DNA of 64,000 nucleotides from Candidatus Gastranaerophilales bacterium (GTDB lineage Bacteria; Cyanobacteriota; Vampirovibrionia; Gastranaerophilales; Gastranaerophilaceae): NCBI GenBank assembly GCA_944326455.1, contig CALVEA010000004.1, positions 32,305 to 96,304 of the forward strand, read 5' to 3'. Shown piece by piece: positions 55,756 to 64,000 of this stretch (position 1 is its first letter; each line of letters starts with the position of its first letter). The notes under the pieces were generated by a model. It saw only the letters and a program-made list of their open reading frames with translations, ran no database searches and was not told where the DNA came from. The position numbers and the translations under genes were made by a program.

Positions 55756-57522
55756 TTATAACTTTGCTTCCTGTTTTTTAAACTGCATATCATACAATTT
55801 GTGATAATGTCCGTTTCCTATAGACATAAGCTCATTGTGGCTTCCGAGTTCAACGAGTTCACCTTCGTTGATAACTGCGATTTTATCGGCATTCTGGATG
55901 GTAGAGAGCCTGTGAGCAATGACAAAAACGGTTTTATCTTTCATCAAGTTGTCAATGGCTTCCTGAACAATAGCTTCGGACTGATTATCCAGCGCAGAAG
56001 TCGCCTCATCAAGAATGACAATCGGAGCATCTTTTATGAAAGCTCTTGCTATAGCGATTCTTTGTTTCTGACCTCCGGAGAGCAAAACGCCGCGTTCTCC
56101 GATGTATGTTTCAATACCATCATCAAGTGTTGAGATAAATTCTTCTAAACAAGCATTTTTTATAGCCGCATTTAGCTCTTCTTCTGTTGCACCGGGTTTA
56201 CCCATAAGAATATTTTCTCTTATAGTTCCTGCAAAGAGGAAATTGTCCTGAAGAACAATTGAAATATTATCTCTAAGGGATTCTATCTTGTAATCTGCAA
56301 TATTAATTCCGTCAATTTTAATTTCGCCCTGCTTTATCTTATAGAACCTTGGAATAAGATTAACAATGGTAGATTTGCCGCCGCCGGAATTCCCGACCAG
56401 AGCGAGGGTTTCACCTTTTTTGACATTAAAGCTGATATTTTTAAGGACAGGGACACCTTTTTTGTATTCAAAAGAAACGTTATCAAATTCAATATTATTT
56501 TTAAGATTTTCAAAAGTGAGAGCATTTGGTTTATCAATAATATAAGGTTTGGCTTCAAGGTTTTTCATAACCCTTTCGAGCGCAAGGAGCGAAGTCTGCA
56601 TACCTTTAACATTGGTACCGAGTCCTTTTACCGGAGTATAAAGCATAATAAGCGCCGTAATAAAAGAAACAAAGTTCCCGCTTGAGATTTCGCCGGTTTG
56701 AATCAAATGACTGCCGTAACCTATGGCAAAACCGATTCCTACAGAGACAATGACATGCATTAAAGGAGAAATTGTTCCGGTTCTCTGGGTTATTTTTATT
56801 CTCAACTTAAACAAGTTATCAAGCTGTTTGGAGAACTTTTTATTCTGAATATTGTATAAATTGTAGGCTTTGACAACCTTGCTTCCGTTATAAGCCTCGT
56901 TGTAGGAGGTGATTATAACCGCATTTTCCGATTCTGATTGATTGGTTACGGATTTAATCCTTGATTTAACTTTACTAAGCGGTACAATTGCAAGTAGAAG
57001 CATAACAATAGCAATTATTGAGAGCTGCCACGAGTTGTAAATTAAAACTCCGATTAAGGATATAGAAGAAAATACTCTGGAGACAATGGTCTTTATGCTT
57101 CCGAGCAAACCTTTGCAAGCGGAATCTGCATCATTATTAAACCTCTTAAGACTGTCGCCCGAGGTTTTTGTATCAAAATATGCGGAGCTTTTGTGCATAA
57201 GCTTGTTGTATAAGGCACGTTTGAGGTCGTTTGTTACTTTGAAAGTAACCCAGTCATTCATATAGGTGGAAGCATAATTCAAAATCCCTTGTAATGAAGT
57301 GAACAGCACGATAAGAAGGGGAATATACCATGGAGACTGCATATTTTTTTCGACCATAACAACATCCATGTAAGGCTTGAGTGAAAGAGCAATTACGGCA
57401 TCAAGGCAGCCTATAGGAATAGCCAAACCCAGCGCCAGTAATGCCCGTCGCCAATAAGGTTTAATAAATGGAAATATCTTTATGTAATTATTAAGAGTTT
57501 CATTATTTTTTATAAAATTCAT
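55756..57522 (-). CDS. MsbA-like ABC exporter, paralog 2
   Basis: GNSGGGKST, LSGGQKQR, ILDEATSALD; translationally coupled to the polysaccharide operon. Confidence 0.93.
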   Translation of the reverse strand: MNFIKNNETLNNYIKIFPFIKPYWRRALLALGLAIPIGCLDAVIALSLKPYMDVVMVEKNMQSPWYIPLLIVLFTSLQGILNYASTYMNDWVTFKVTNDLKRALYNKLMHKSSAYFDTKTSGDSLKRFNNDADSACKGLLGSIKTIVSRVFSSISLIGVLIYNSWQLSIIAIVMLLLAIVPLSKVKSRIKSVTNQSESENAVIITSYNEAYNGSKVVKAYNLYNIQNKKFSKQLDNLFKLRIKITQRTGTISPLMHVIVSVGIGFAIGYGSHLIQTGEISSGNFVSFITALIMLYTPVKGLGTNVKGMQTSLLALERVMKNLEAKPYIIDKPNALTFENLKNNIEFDNVSFEYKKGVPVLKNISFNVKKGETLALVGNSGGGKSTIVNLIPRFYKIKQGEIKIDGINIADYKIESLRDNISIVLQDNFLFAGTIRENILMGKPGATEEELNAAIKNACLEEFISTLDDGIETYIGERGVLLSGGQKQRIAIARAFIKDAPIVILDEATSALDNQSEAIVQEAIDNLMKDKTVFVIAHRLSTIQNADKIAVINEGELVELGSHNELMSIGNGHYHKLYDMQFKKQEAKL

Positions 57523-59528
57523 TTTGTTTTACCCCATATAAGGCTTCTAAAGGATACTTTTATCCCTAAAATTGTTAAATTTGCTTCTTTACATTTAGCA
57601 TTAATAAAAACGTTTATTATCTGCTTTCTTAAATTTGGGTGTTTTATTTTATAGTCAATAATTTTTCGTATCAATTTATGTGAACGAGCTTGTGAAAATC
57701 TAATATTTTCAGTCTTACATTTTTTAGTAAATAAGTATTTTAAAGCTTCAAATATATTTAATTCAGGAGCAAATTCATTCTTTTCTGAGCCATAAGATAC
57801 ATGTATCAGTTCTCCCAATAAATTTGCAGTTTTTTTATCAGGGGAGTTATATAAATAATTCAAATAAAAATTCATTATTTTTTGAGATTCAAAAGAGATA
57901 TAGTTATATTGTTTTGCATATTCATTAAGACTTGAAGTAAATTCTAAAATTCCTTGTTTATAATCTTCAAAATTCCATTTTTCCAGAATTTTTTCATCTA
58001 TTGGTTCTAATATAGGCTCACCGTTTGAATCATAACCAAGAGTTTGCCCATGAGGAGCTCTTGTAAGTAGTTCGATTAAATGCCCCATCATAGGCTTTTT
58101 AAATGCAGTAAAATAATATTTATCGAGATTAATAGCCTCATAACACAATGGAGTTACCGCATAATAAAATGATTTAATTGGTTTGTCATAAAAATTATTA
58201 AATAAATGAGACAAACAATTTTGCGTCAAACATGACCCATCTAGATCAACAAATGCAAAATTTTCATCGGAATAATCTACATTATTTTTTAGATATTTCA
58301 AAGCATTTTGTTTTTGTTCTTCATTCTTCTTTAATGCTTCTATAACTATTTCTTTGTTATTTGTAAAGTATTCAACCACTTTTTTACGATTTTTTAATTT
58401 ATGATATTTTTTCAAATCACTCGGTAACATTTCTATTAACTTATTTTTATCAATATTTAAAATGAAATGTATTTTTTTACCCTCGTATTTAAACATATCA
58501 ATAAATTGACCGTATAATTTCTCATTATTAATATCTAAACCTGACAAACGCCATGCTTTCCGAGAACCGTAAGTATAAAAAGTTTTTATATTTAATTTAT
58601 TTTGTGCAATTAATGTATCTGCAATTTCTTTCAAAATATAACCATCTCTTGCAATAAAATAAAGTCTATTAATTGACCGTCTGCAAGCTTGATCCAATAA
58701 CCAAGAAATATACGGATAAAGAATCGTTCCGGCAAGGGAAGCACCTAAATTAGCTTTTTTATTTCTTAAAAATTTATTTAACCTCAGATTTTTAGTACAA
58801 CCAAGAAGCAGCTGTACTATCGGATTCTGAAATTCAATCTTGAGAAGATCTTTTTCATAATCTTCAAAATCCACATATTCGTATAAAATAGCATTAATAC
58901 CTAATTTAGTTGGTTTAAAATAATCTGAATTATGATTATCTCCAACATGTACCCATTTTTTATATTCAACATTTTCCTGAGATTTCACAAATTTAAACAA
59001 GTCGCCATTTTTCTTCATATAACGTAATTCAGAAGAAAGATATAACTTAAGCGTTGCAAGAACAGGATCAGCATTATAAAGCATTTGTTTAATGATTTCC
59101 AGCGGCAAATACATATCTGAAATCAAAATAACCCTCTTATTCTGCGCTAAAAGAGTTTTTATTGTATCAATATTCTCCTTTATCGGTACAACGGCTTCCA
59201 GTTCTAATTTTATTTCAAGTTCTTTTATTTTTTGAACTTGTTCATCTGATAGATAATAAGTTTTTTGCAAATAATTATAGATGGCATCAAAATTAATATC
59301 TAGTTCATCATGCCATAAATTATTTATTCTTCTCAGATAATATTCAGCATCTATTCTATATTGATAAAAATTAGTTTTTACATCATAAGGAATATCACTA
59401 TACAATGTATTAGTATTGAATATATGCTGCATTAAAACAAAAATACCGGTTGGTCTTGCAACTTTTCTTGTTAATAATGTATCAAAAATATCAAATGAAT
59501 ATAAATCATAATCTTTATTTAGTATCAC
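57519..59528 (-). CDS. HAD phosphatase fused to glycan phosphoribosyltransferase-like domain (dual-domain ribofuranosyltransferase-like)
   Basis: SFDIFDTLLTR, LISDMY, HVGDN..SD (HAD); LYFIARDGY and FVDLDGSCLTQ (PRTase-like); GTG start at 59528 after GGAG. Confidence 0.72.
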   Translation of the reverse strand: MILNKDYDLYSFDIFDTLLTRKVARPTGIFVLMQHIFNTNTLYSDIPYDVKTNFYQYRIDAEYYLRRINNLWHDELDINFDAIYNYLQKTYYLSDEQVQKIKELEIKLELEAVVPIKENIDTIKTLLAQNKRVILISDMYLPLEIIKQMLYNADPVLATLKLYLSSELRYMKKNGDLFKFVKSQENVEYKKWVHVGDNHNSDYFKPTKLGINAILYEYVDFEDYEKDLLKIEFQNPIVQLLLGCTKNLRLNKFLRNKKANLGASLAGTILYPYISWLLDQACRRSINRLYFIARDGYILKEIADTLIAQNKLNIKTFYTYGSRKAWRLSGLDINNEKLYGQFIDMFKYEGKKIHFILNIDKNKLIEMLPSDLKKYHKLKNRKKVVEYFTNNKEIVIEALKKNEEQKQNALKYLKNNVDYSDENFAFVDLDGSCLTQNCLSHLFNNFYDKPIKSFYYAVTPLCYEAINLDKYYFTAFKKPMMGHLIELLTRAPHGQTLGYDSNGEPILEPIDEKILEKWNFEDYKQGILEFTSSLNEYAKQYNYISFESQKIMNFYLNYLYNSPDKKTANLLGELIHVSYGSEKNEFAPELNIFEALKYLFTKKCKTENIRFSQARSHKLIRKIIDYKIKHPNLRKQIINVFINAKCKEANLTILGIKVSFRSLIWGKTK

Positions 59529-60705
59529 TTTTTGTTTTCTCCAATATAAAATCAACAATCCTTACACAAGATTTTTCATCATCATGGTGACCCATTTTTT
59601 GTAAAAACTCGTCTGCTTGCTTTTTATATAAAACTTCATCAAAATTTAAAATATTTTGCATTAGCTCACCATTATCTTCTGCAACAGGAGCAGGTAATTC
59701 ACTGAGCGGATAGTAAAGCCCGTTATTATTTATATAGTCAACATAATCAGCAGCATAGATAAAACTTGGTTTTTTAAGAATAACATATTCCGGGATACAT
59801 GAACTGTAATCAGATATTAAAATATCAGCAGCCACAAGTAATTCCTGCATATCAATATATGATGACGCATTAATTGCTTCATTTTCATCAAAAAGCAATT
59901 TATAGATGGATTTCATTCGGCTGTGTGCACGAATCAAAATACTCCATTCCCCGCCAAACTTATTCTTCAGTACTCGTTTAAGCATTTTTATATCTATATT
60001 AAAACAATGCGTTCTTCCATCAGGTCTCCAAGTTGGAGCATAGAGTAAAATTTTATTTTCATCAGGAATATTATAATATTCTTTTATTTTTTTAATTATA
60101 AGCTCATGATTTTGATAAAATATAGAATCTCTTGCTTTACCTATTTTTTCAATTTGGCCATAACCGCTGTGTTGAGTTATATACACTTTTTTTTCAAAAT
60201 CACTATCAACGGGAATATAATCAAATAATGAAGATGATTTTTTTTGCCATTTTAATTCATTATTCAGTTTTTCATAGACTTTTGCAGCATCTGCATCACA
60301 TTTTTTTATACCCATTGAACCGTGCCAGGTTTGAATATAAAATGTGTCTTTTTTCTTTTTAAGTCCGCATTTTAAAGGCAAGTATGCATGTGAATTCATT
60401 ATCCATATTTTTGCAGTTGCGAATTCATATAATGCTCTTAAAGAGTCATATTTAATTTGTTTAAACGCAGGTGGAATTTGTGATACATCAGTGTTTCTAT
60501 TTACCAGCCAAATCAATTTATAATCTTTTATCTCTGGCCTTTTTATAAGTTCATTTCCTATATATTTAGGATTATCAGCATATTGCCAGATTAATGGATT
60601 TGTCATGACAATTTTTTTATTATCAACTTTGCAGAATTTATCAATTAAATAACAAAAAAGATGTCTCCAAATATACTTTTTGTTTTTTTGTTTTTTCTTT
60701 CTCAT
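59515..60705 (-). CDS. CDP-glycerol/alditol:polymer phosphotransferase (TagF-like)
   Basis: YADNPKYI, IQTWHG, ILLYAPTWR, ILISDYSS motifs. Confidence 0.9.
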   Translation of the reverse strand: MRKKKQKNKKYIWRHLFCYLIDKFCKVDNKKIVMTNPLIWQYADNPKYIGNELIKRPEIKDYKLIWLVNRNTDVSQIPPAFKQIKYDSLRALYEFATAKIWIMNSHAYLPLKCGLKKKKDTFYIQTWHGSMGIKKCDADAAKVYEKLNNELKWQKKSSSLFDYIPVDSDFEKKVYITQHSGYGQIEKIGKARDSIFYQNHELIIKKIKEYYNIPDENKILLYAPTWRPDGRTHCFNIDIKMLKRVLKNKFGGEWSILIRAHSRMKSIYKLLFDENEAINASSYIDMQELLVAADILISDYSSCIPEYVILKKPSFIYAADYVDYINNNGLYYPLSELPAPVAEDNGELMQNILNFDEVLYKKQADEFLQKMGHHDDEKSCVRIVDFILEKTKSDTK

Positions 60706-60707
60706 AT

Positions 60708-62066
60708 TTAAGAATTTTTCCTTTTCTTTAATAACACAGAATAATATTTTTTAGATTTTTCACTCAAAGTAATTTTAATTCCGAGAATATAAATTATTAT
60801 TTCAGAATTAAACTTCCTAATGGAAAAAATTTTGTTAAGTTTATAATACCGGATTCTCTTTTTTCTCTTTTTTAACTCTTTTGAAGATATTAAATTATAA
60901 GAGCTCAAAGGTTTTCTTTTTGCAACTTTATTAAAAGTATTATCAAAAGCTTCAACTAATTTTCTATCTTTATATGTCCACACATTTTCAATATTATTTT
61001 TTTCTAAAAATTTAACATAATTATCAAAATTCTTTTGATGAACTTTCATCGGAGATTGAAAATCTACACTTTCTAATTGAGATAAAAGATCTTTTTCCAA
61101 ATCAAAATCTTTCTCTGGTATCGAAGGAAACTTATGAAATTCTACAAGTTCTCTTTCTCTTGCATCGTGAGCAATAAGTAAAATTGAATTAGATTTTAAT
61201 AAAGAAGCAATACAACCGTGTAATCTTGTTCCAAAAGTAAAATCTATATTTTCCATAAAATCTAACCACGATTTAGCATTATTGAAAAATATACAATTTT
61301 CATCCAAATACATTTTTTTTAGCATCTCATTAGGTACATCTACTTTAAACTTTTTACCATCATACATGTATCTTAATTCTCTGGATTGCTGCGGTATTAA
61401 ATATGATTTCTTAAATTTATTTGCTTCATTATATAAATACGCAGATAATTCCGGTTTAGCAATATTGAAATTGTAAGAAACTGTAGAATTTAAATCAATT
61501 CTTGTATCTTTAATTTTTAGATTATCTCCATATAAATACATTGAAGGACATCCGATAACATCAACATCTTGTCCCTGTTTAAAACCTAATCTTGATAAAT
61601 AATCTGCCGTTATCTGACCTCTTACACCAACGCTCGCAGACTTATCAAGGACAGCTGAAATAAATTTTCTAATAGTATCATCAATTGCGTAATGAAAATC
61701 TTTTTCGGGCTCATAAGGAGCTCTTACACCAATTCCAATAATATAACAAGGAATTTTAAGTTGTTTTATAAGGTCCGTAAATAGTTCCATTTCTTGTCTC
61801 CACCCATCTCTAAAGGCATCTGCACATGGCAGAACAAAATATTTACAAGTGGCATTAATTCTATCTACATATTTCTTGTCAAAAGTAAATGGCATATAGA
61901 TTGTTTCAAACACATTCTTTTTATTAACAGATAAGGTCTTATAAACACTTGTTGCATACAATAAGTTTCCTATATTAGTCCCTAAAATATTTGCCTTAAT
62001 AAGATCATCATAATCTGGAGACTTAAAAGGGATGATACCACTTCTTATTAAAATCTTAGAACTCAT
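60708..62066 (-). CDS. Polysaccharide pyruvyl-transferase-family protein
   Basis: NIGNLL, IGIGV, SVGVRG, GCPS, FGTRLHG motifs. Confidence 0.82.
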   Translation of the reverse strand: MSSKILIRSGIIPFKSPDYDDLIKANILGTNIGNLLYATSVYKTLSVNKKNVFETIYMPFTFDKKYVDRINATCKYFVLPCADAFRDGWRQEMELFTDLIKQLKIPCYIIGIGVRAPYEPEKDFHYAIDDTIRKFISAVLDKSASVGVRGQITADYLSRLGFKQGQDVDVIGCPSMYLYGDNLKIKDTRIDLNSTVSYNFNIAKPELSAYLYNEANKFKKSYLIPQQSRELRYMYDGKKFKVDVPNEMLKKMYLDENCIFFNNAKSWLDFMENIDFTFGTRLHGCIASLLKSNSILLIAHDARERELVEFHKFPSIPEKDFDLEKDLLSQLESVDFQSPMKVHQKNFDNYVKFLEKNNIENVWTYKDRKLVEAFDNTFNKVAKRKPLSSYNLISSKELKKRKKRIRYYKLNKIFSIRKFNSEIIIYILGIKITLSEKSKKYYSVLLKKRKNS

Positions 62067-62102
62067 TTTTCCACCTTTTTCAACTTATAACTTAAACAAA
62101 AT

Positions 62103-62315
62103 TTAACGGTTAAAGATATTCTTTCCCCCTTGCTCTACGGAGACGGGGATTTCTGCCTTTTGACCATTACAAGTCATCATAAAAAATTTATTATACAAAT
62201 CAATATCATCAAACAGTTTGTGTAAACGTTTATCATTAAATAGATGTATTAAAATTATTGCTAAACAACCAATTATCCGTAGAAACTCTATATTTTTAAA
62301 CCGTTTCTGTTCCAT
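62103..62315 (-). pseudogene. Truncated acyltransferase-3 (OafA-like) gene
   Basis: RFKNIEFLRIIGCLAIILIH is the family N-terminus; frame turns into unrelated GC-richer sequence after NGQKA and stops at 70 aa. Confidence 0.7.
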
Positions 62316-62316
62316 T

Positions 62317-62982
62317 TTACTCCTCAAGTGCAACCTGCATTTTGCCTATATTTTGTTCCAAATTACAATCCAGGAACAAACTCGATGTCCCAGCCACAAA
62401 CATATTTGCACCAAATTGTTTTAACATTTTTGCGTGCTCAAAACTAATATTCCCATCAACTTCAAAAATTATATCGTCTCTTTTAAACTTTCTTATGATT
62501 CTGCCGACTTTATCAGCTTTCTTTTTACAATTATCAACCATTTTTTGACCTGCAAAACCCGGATTAACCATTAGTAAATTTATTCCGTCTATATAATAAA
62601 TTAACTCTTCCAGAACACATAACGGAGTCGCCGGATTTATAGCAATCATAACTTTGCAATTATATTTCTTTATATTATCTAAAGTTCTTTGTATTTGAGA
62701 AGAACTCTCATAATGCACAGAGACAATATCATTTTCTCTGATACCTAGAAGATCAATAATAGAATCCGGCTCCTTTACCATAATATGGTAATCAAAAGGT
62801 ATGGAAGTATGCTTTTTTAAAGCTTTTATACAATCACTTCCAATACCGAGATTGGGCACAAACTTACCATCCATAATATCAATATGGAGATAGTCGACAT
62901 TATGTTTTTCCAGTAACTTGACCGTCTCTTTCAAATTAAAAAAGTCAGCACACATTAACGAAGCAGAAATTTTATTCTTCAT
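62317..62982 (-). CDS. Ribulose-phosphate 3-epimerase-family enzyme
   Basis: SASLMCAD, LHIDIMDGKFVPN, DYHIMV, VHYE, LMVNPGFAGQ, EVDGNI, VAGTS. Confidence 0.92.
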   Translation of the reverse strand: MKNKISASLMCADFFNLKETVKLLEKHNVDYLHIDIMDGKFVPNLGIGSDCIKALKKHTSIPFDYHIMVKEPDSIIDLLGIRENDIVSVHYESSSQIQRTLDNIKKYNCKVMIAINPATPLCVLEELIYYIDGINLLMVNPGFAGQKMVDNCKKKADKVGRIIRKFKRDDIIFEVDGNISFEHAKMLKQFGANMFVAGTSSLFLDCNLEQNIGKMQVALEE

Positions 62983-63985
62983 TTAAAAACACCCCCTTAA
63001 TATGGCACCTATCATTTAGCTTCATTTGTTCAAAAGCCTGTATACCTTCTGTTAAAGAAAATTTATCAGTTATAATATCTTTAATTAAATCTTGATATTT
63101 ATATAAAAATTCAATTGCTCTATCCCAGTCATCACTGTCACTGTTCTTATAATGAGAATTCCAAACACCATTAATAGTAATTTCGGAACGAAGCAATTTC
63201 CAATAATCTTTTTTATCAAGCTGCATATTTCCGGCAGGGTTTCCTACCAGAATAATTTGTCCTTGTGACTTCACAAGATTTACACAATTTATCAAAGAAG
63301 AGTTTGTTCCTACACATTCAAGCAAAATATCAAATTTTTTAGTATTTTCAACAGAGCCTAAAACAAATTTTTCAAACCCTAAACTCTGCAAAAATCTCTT
63401 TTTGGCCTCATTTCTTATAACAAAACTTACGTCCAAATTTTTTGTTTTTGCATAAAGCCCGCAAAGTATAGCAATTGTTCCCGAACCGCTTATGCAAATT
63501 GATTTTCCTTCGGAATACTTAAGTTTACTCATAGCATTAATTCCAACTGACATAGGTTCTGTTAATGCTCCAACCTCATAAAGCATATCATCCGGTAATT
63601 TTTTTACATTCCAGTATTGAACAGCTATATATTCTGCCATTGCACCATTCTGTCTTGAACCAAAATAACTGTATCTTTCACATTGTGCATAATATTTCTC
63701 TTTACAAAATTCACAGTTAAAACATGGCAGAAGAGGGAAAACTGTAACTTTTTTATTAAGAATATCCTCAGGAACCCCGCGGGATATTTCAACCACCTTA
63801 CCTGCAAATTCATGCCCTAAAATTATCGGGAAAAAATATGCACTATCACCATAAACACGGTTAAAATCACTGCTGCATATTCCGCAAGCTTTCACCTTCA
63901 CTAAAACCTCGCCGGATTTAAGAGCAGGTTTGCTGACTTCTTTATATTCAATATTATTTTTATCTAACAGCACACAGGCTTTCAT
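62972..63985 (-). CDS. Zn-dependent alditol-phosphate dehydrogenase-like enzyme (MDR family)
   Basis: CGICSSD, GHEFAG, CFNCEFC...C, EPMSV, GSGTIA; GAGG RBS at the window edge. Confidence 0.88.
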   Translation of the reverse strand: MKACVLLDKNNIEYKEVSKPALKSGEVLVKVKACGICSSDFNRVYGDSAYFFPIILGHEFAGKVVEISRGVPEDILNKKVTVFPLLPCFNCEFCKEKYYAQCERYSYFGSRQNGAMAEYIAVQYWNVKKLPDDMLYEVGALTEPMSVGINAMSKLKYSEGKSICISGSGTIAILCGLYAKTKNLDVSFVIRNEAKKRFLQSLGFEKFVLGSVENTKKFDILLECVGTNSSLINCVNLVKSQGQIILVGNPAGNMQLDKKDYWKLLRSEITINGVWNSHYKNSDSDDWDRAIEFLYKYQDLIKDIITDKFSLTEGIQAFEQMKLNDRCHIKGVFLNEE

Positions 63986-64000
63986 TATTTACCTCATTTT

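Noticed and set aside
229-63813. Numerous short or antisense ORFs in the track (e.g. 229..441, 1089..1619, 10296..10718, 16737..17477, 26160..26501, 50777..51151)
   Set aside because: They lie opposite or inside well-supported genes, lack RBS and motifs; shadow ORFs.
1-64000. CRISPR array, rRNA, riboswitch/T-box, transposase
   Set aside because: No regularly spaced direct repeats, rRNA signatures, recognisable leader RNAs or DDE/HUH transposase ORFs seen by eye; a covariance-model scan was not possible.

Overview
AT-rich bacterial chromosomal segment, densely coding. The gene mix (flagellar rod genes, a fermentative NADP-alcohol dehydrogenase, a PBP-A-like serine hydrolase, a divergent pilin, many orphan proteins) suggests a non-photosynthetic relative of cyanobacteria (Vampirovibrionia/Gastranaerophilales); this is inference, not a database result. 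Layout: flgC-flgB behind a two-component pair and a signalling-rich first 10 kb; tRNA-Arg(UCU) followed by a decayed toxin-antitoxin module that the ORF track misses; envelope and metabolic genes (adh, AsmA-like, SIMPL, MAF, ilvD, porin, lptC/lptA, eno, recR-ybaB-yebC, two MsbA-like transporters); and a very AT-rich surface-polysaccharide locus running off the right edge. Best candidate for an undescribed system: the 24-40 kb orphan region. Three neighbouring proteins (109, 281, 528 aa) share an aligned 35-residue C-terminal helix; the smallest is a helix-PENP-helix hairpin reminiscent of type III secretion needle subunits. Nearby lie effector-like enzymes without Sec signal peptides (1922-aa papain-like protease with a ~690-aa insertion between catalytic residues, atypical kinase, arginine-deiminase-fold protein) that share an N-terminal F-x-G motif, and many of these orphan genes share upstream TGTAA tandem motifs. 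Together this suggests a flagellum-derived export/injection system (hypothesis). The polysaccharide locus looks like a split Hib-type ribose/alditol-phosphate capsule pathway. No CRISPR array, rRNA, integrase or transposase was seen.
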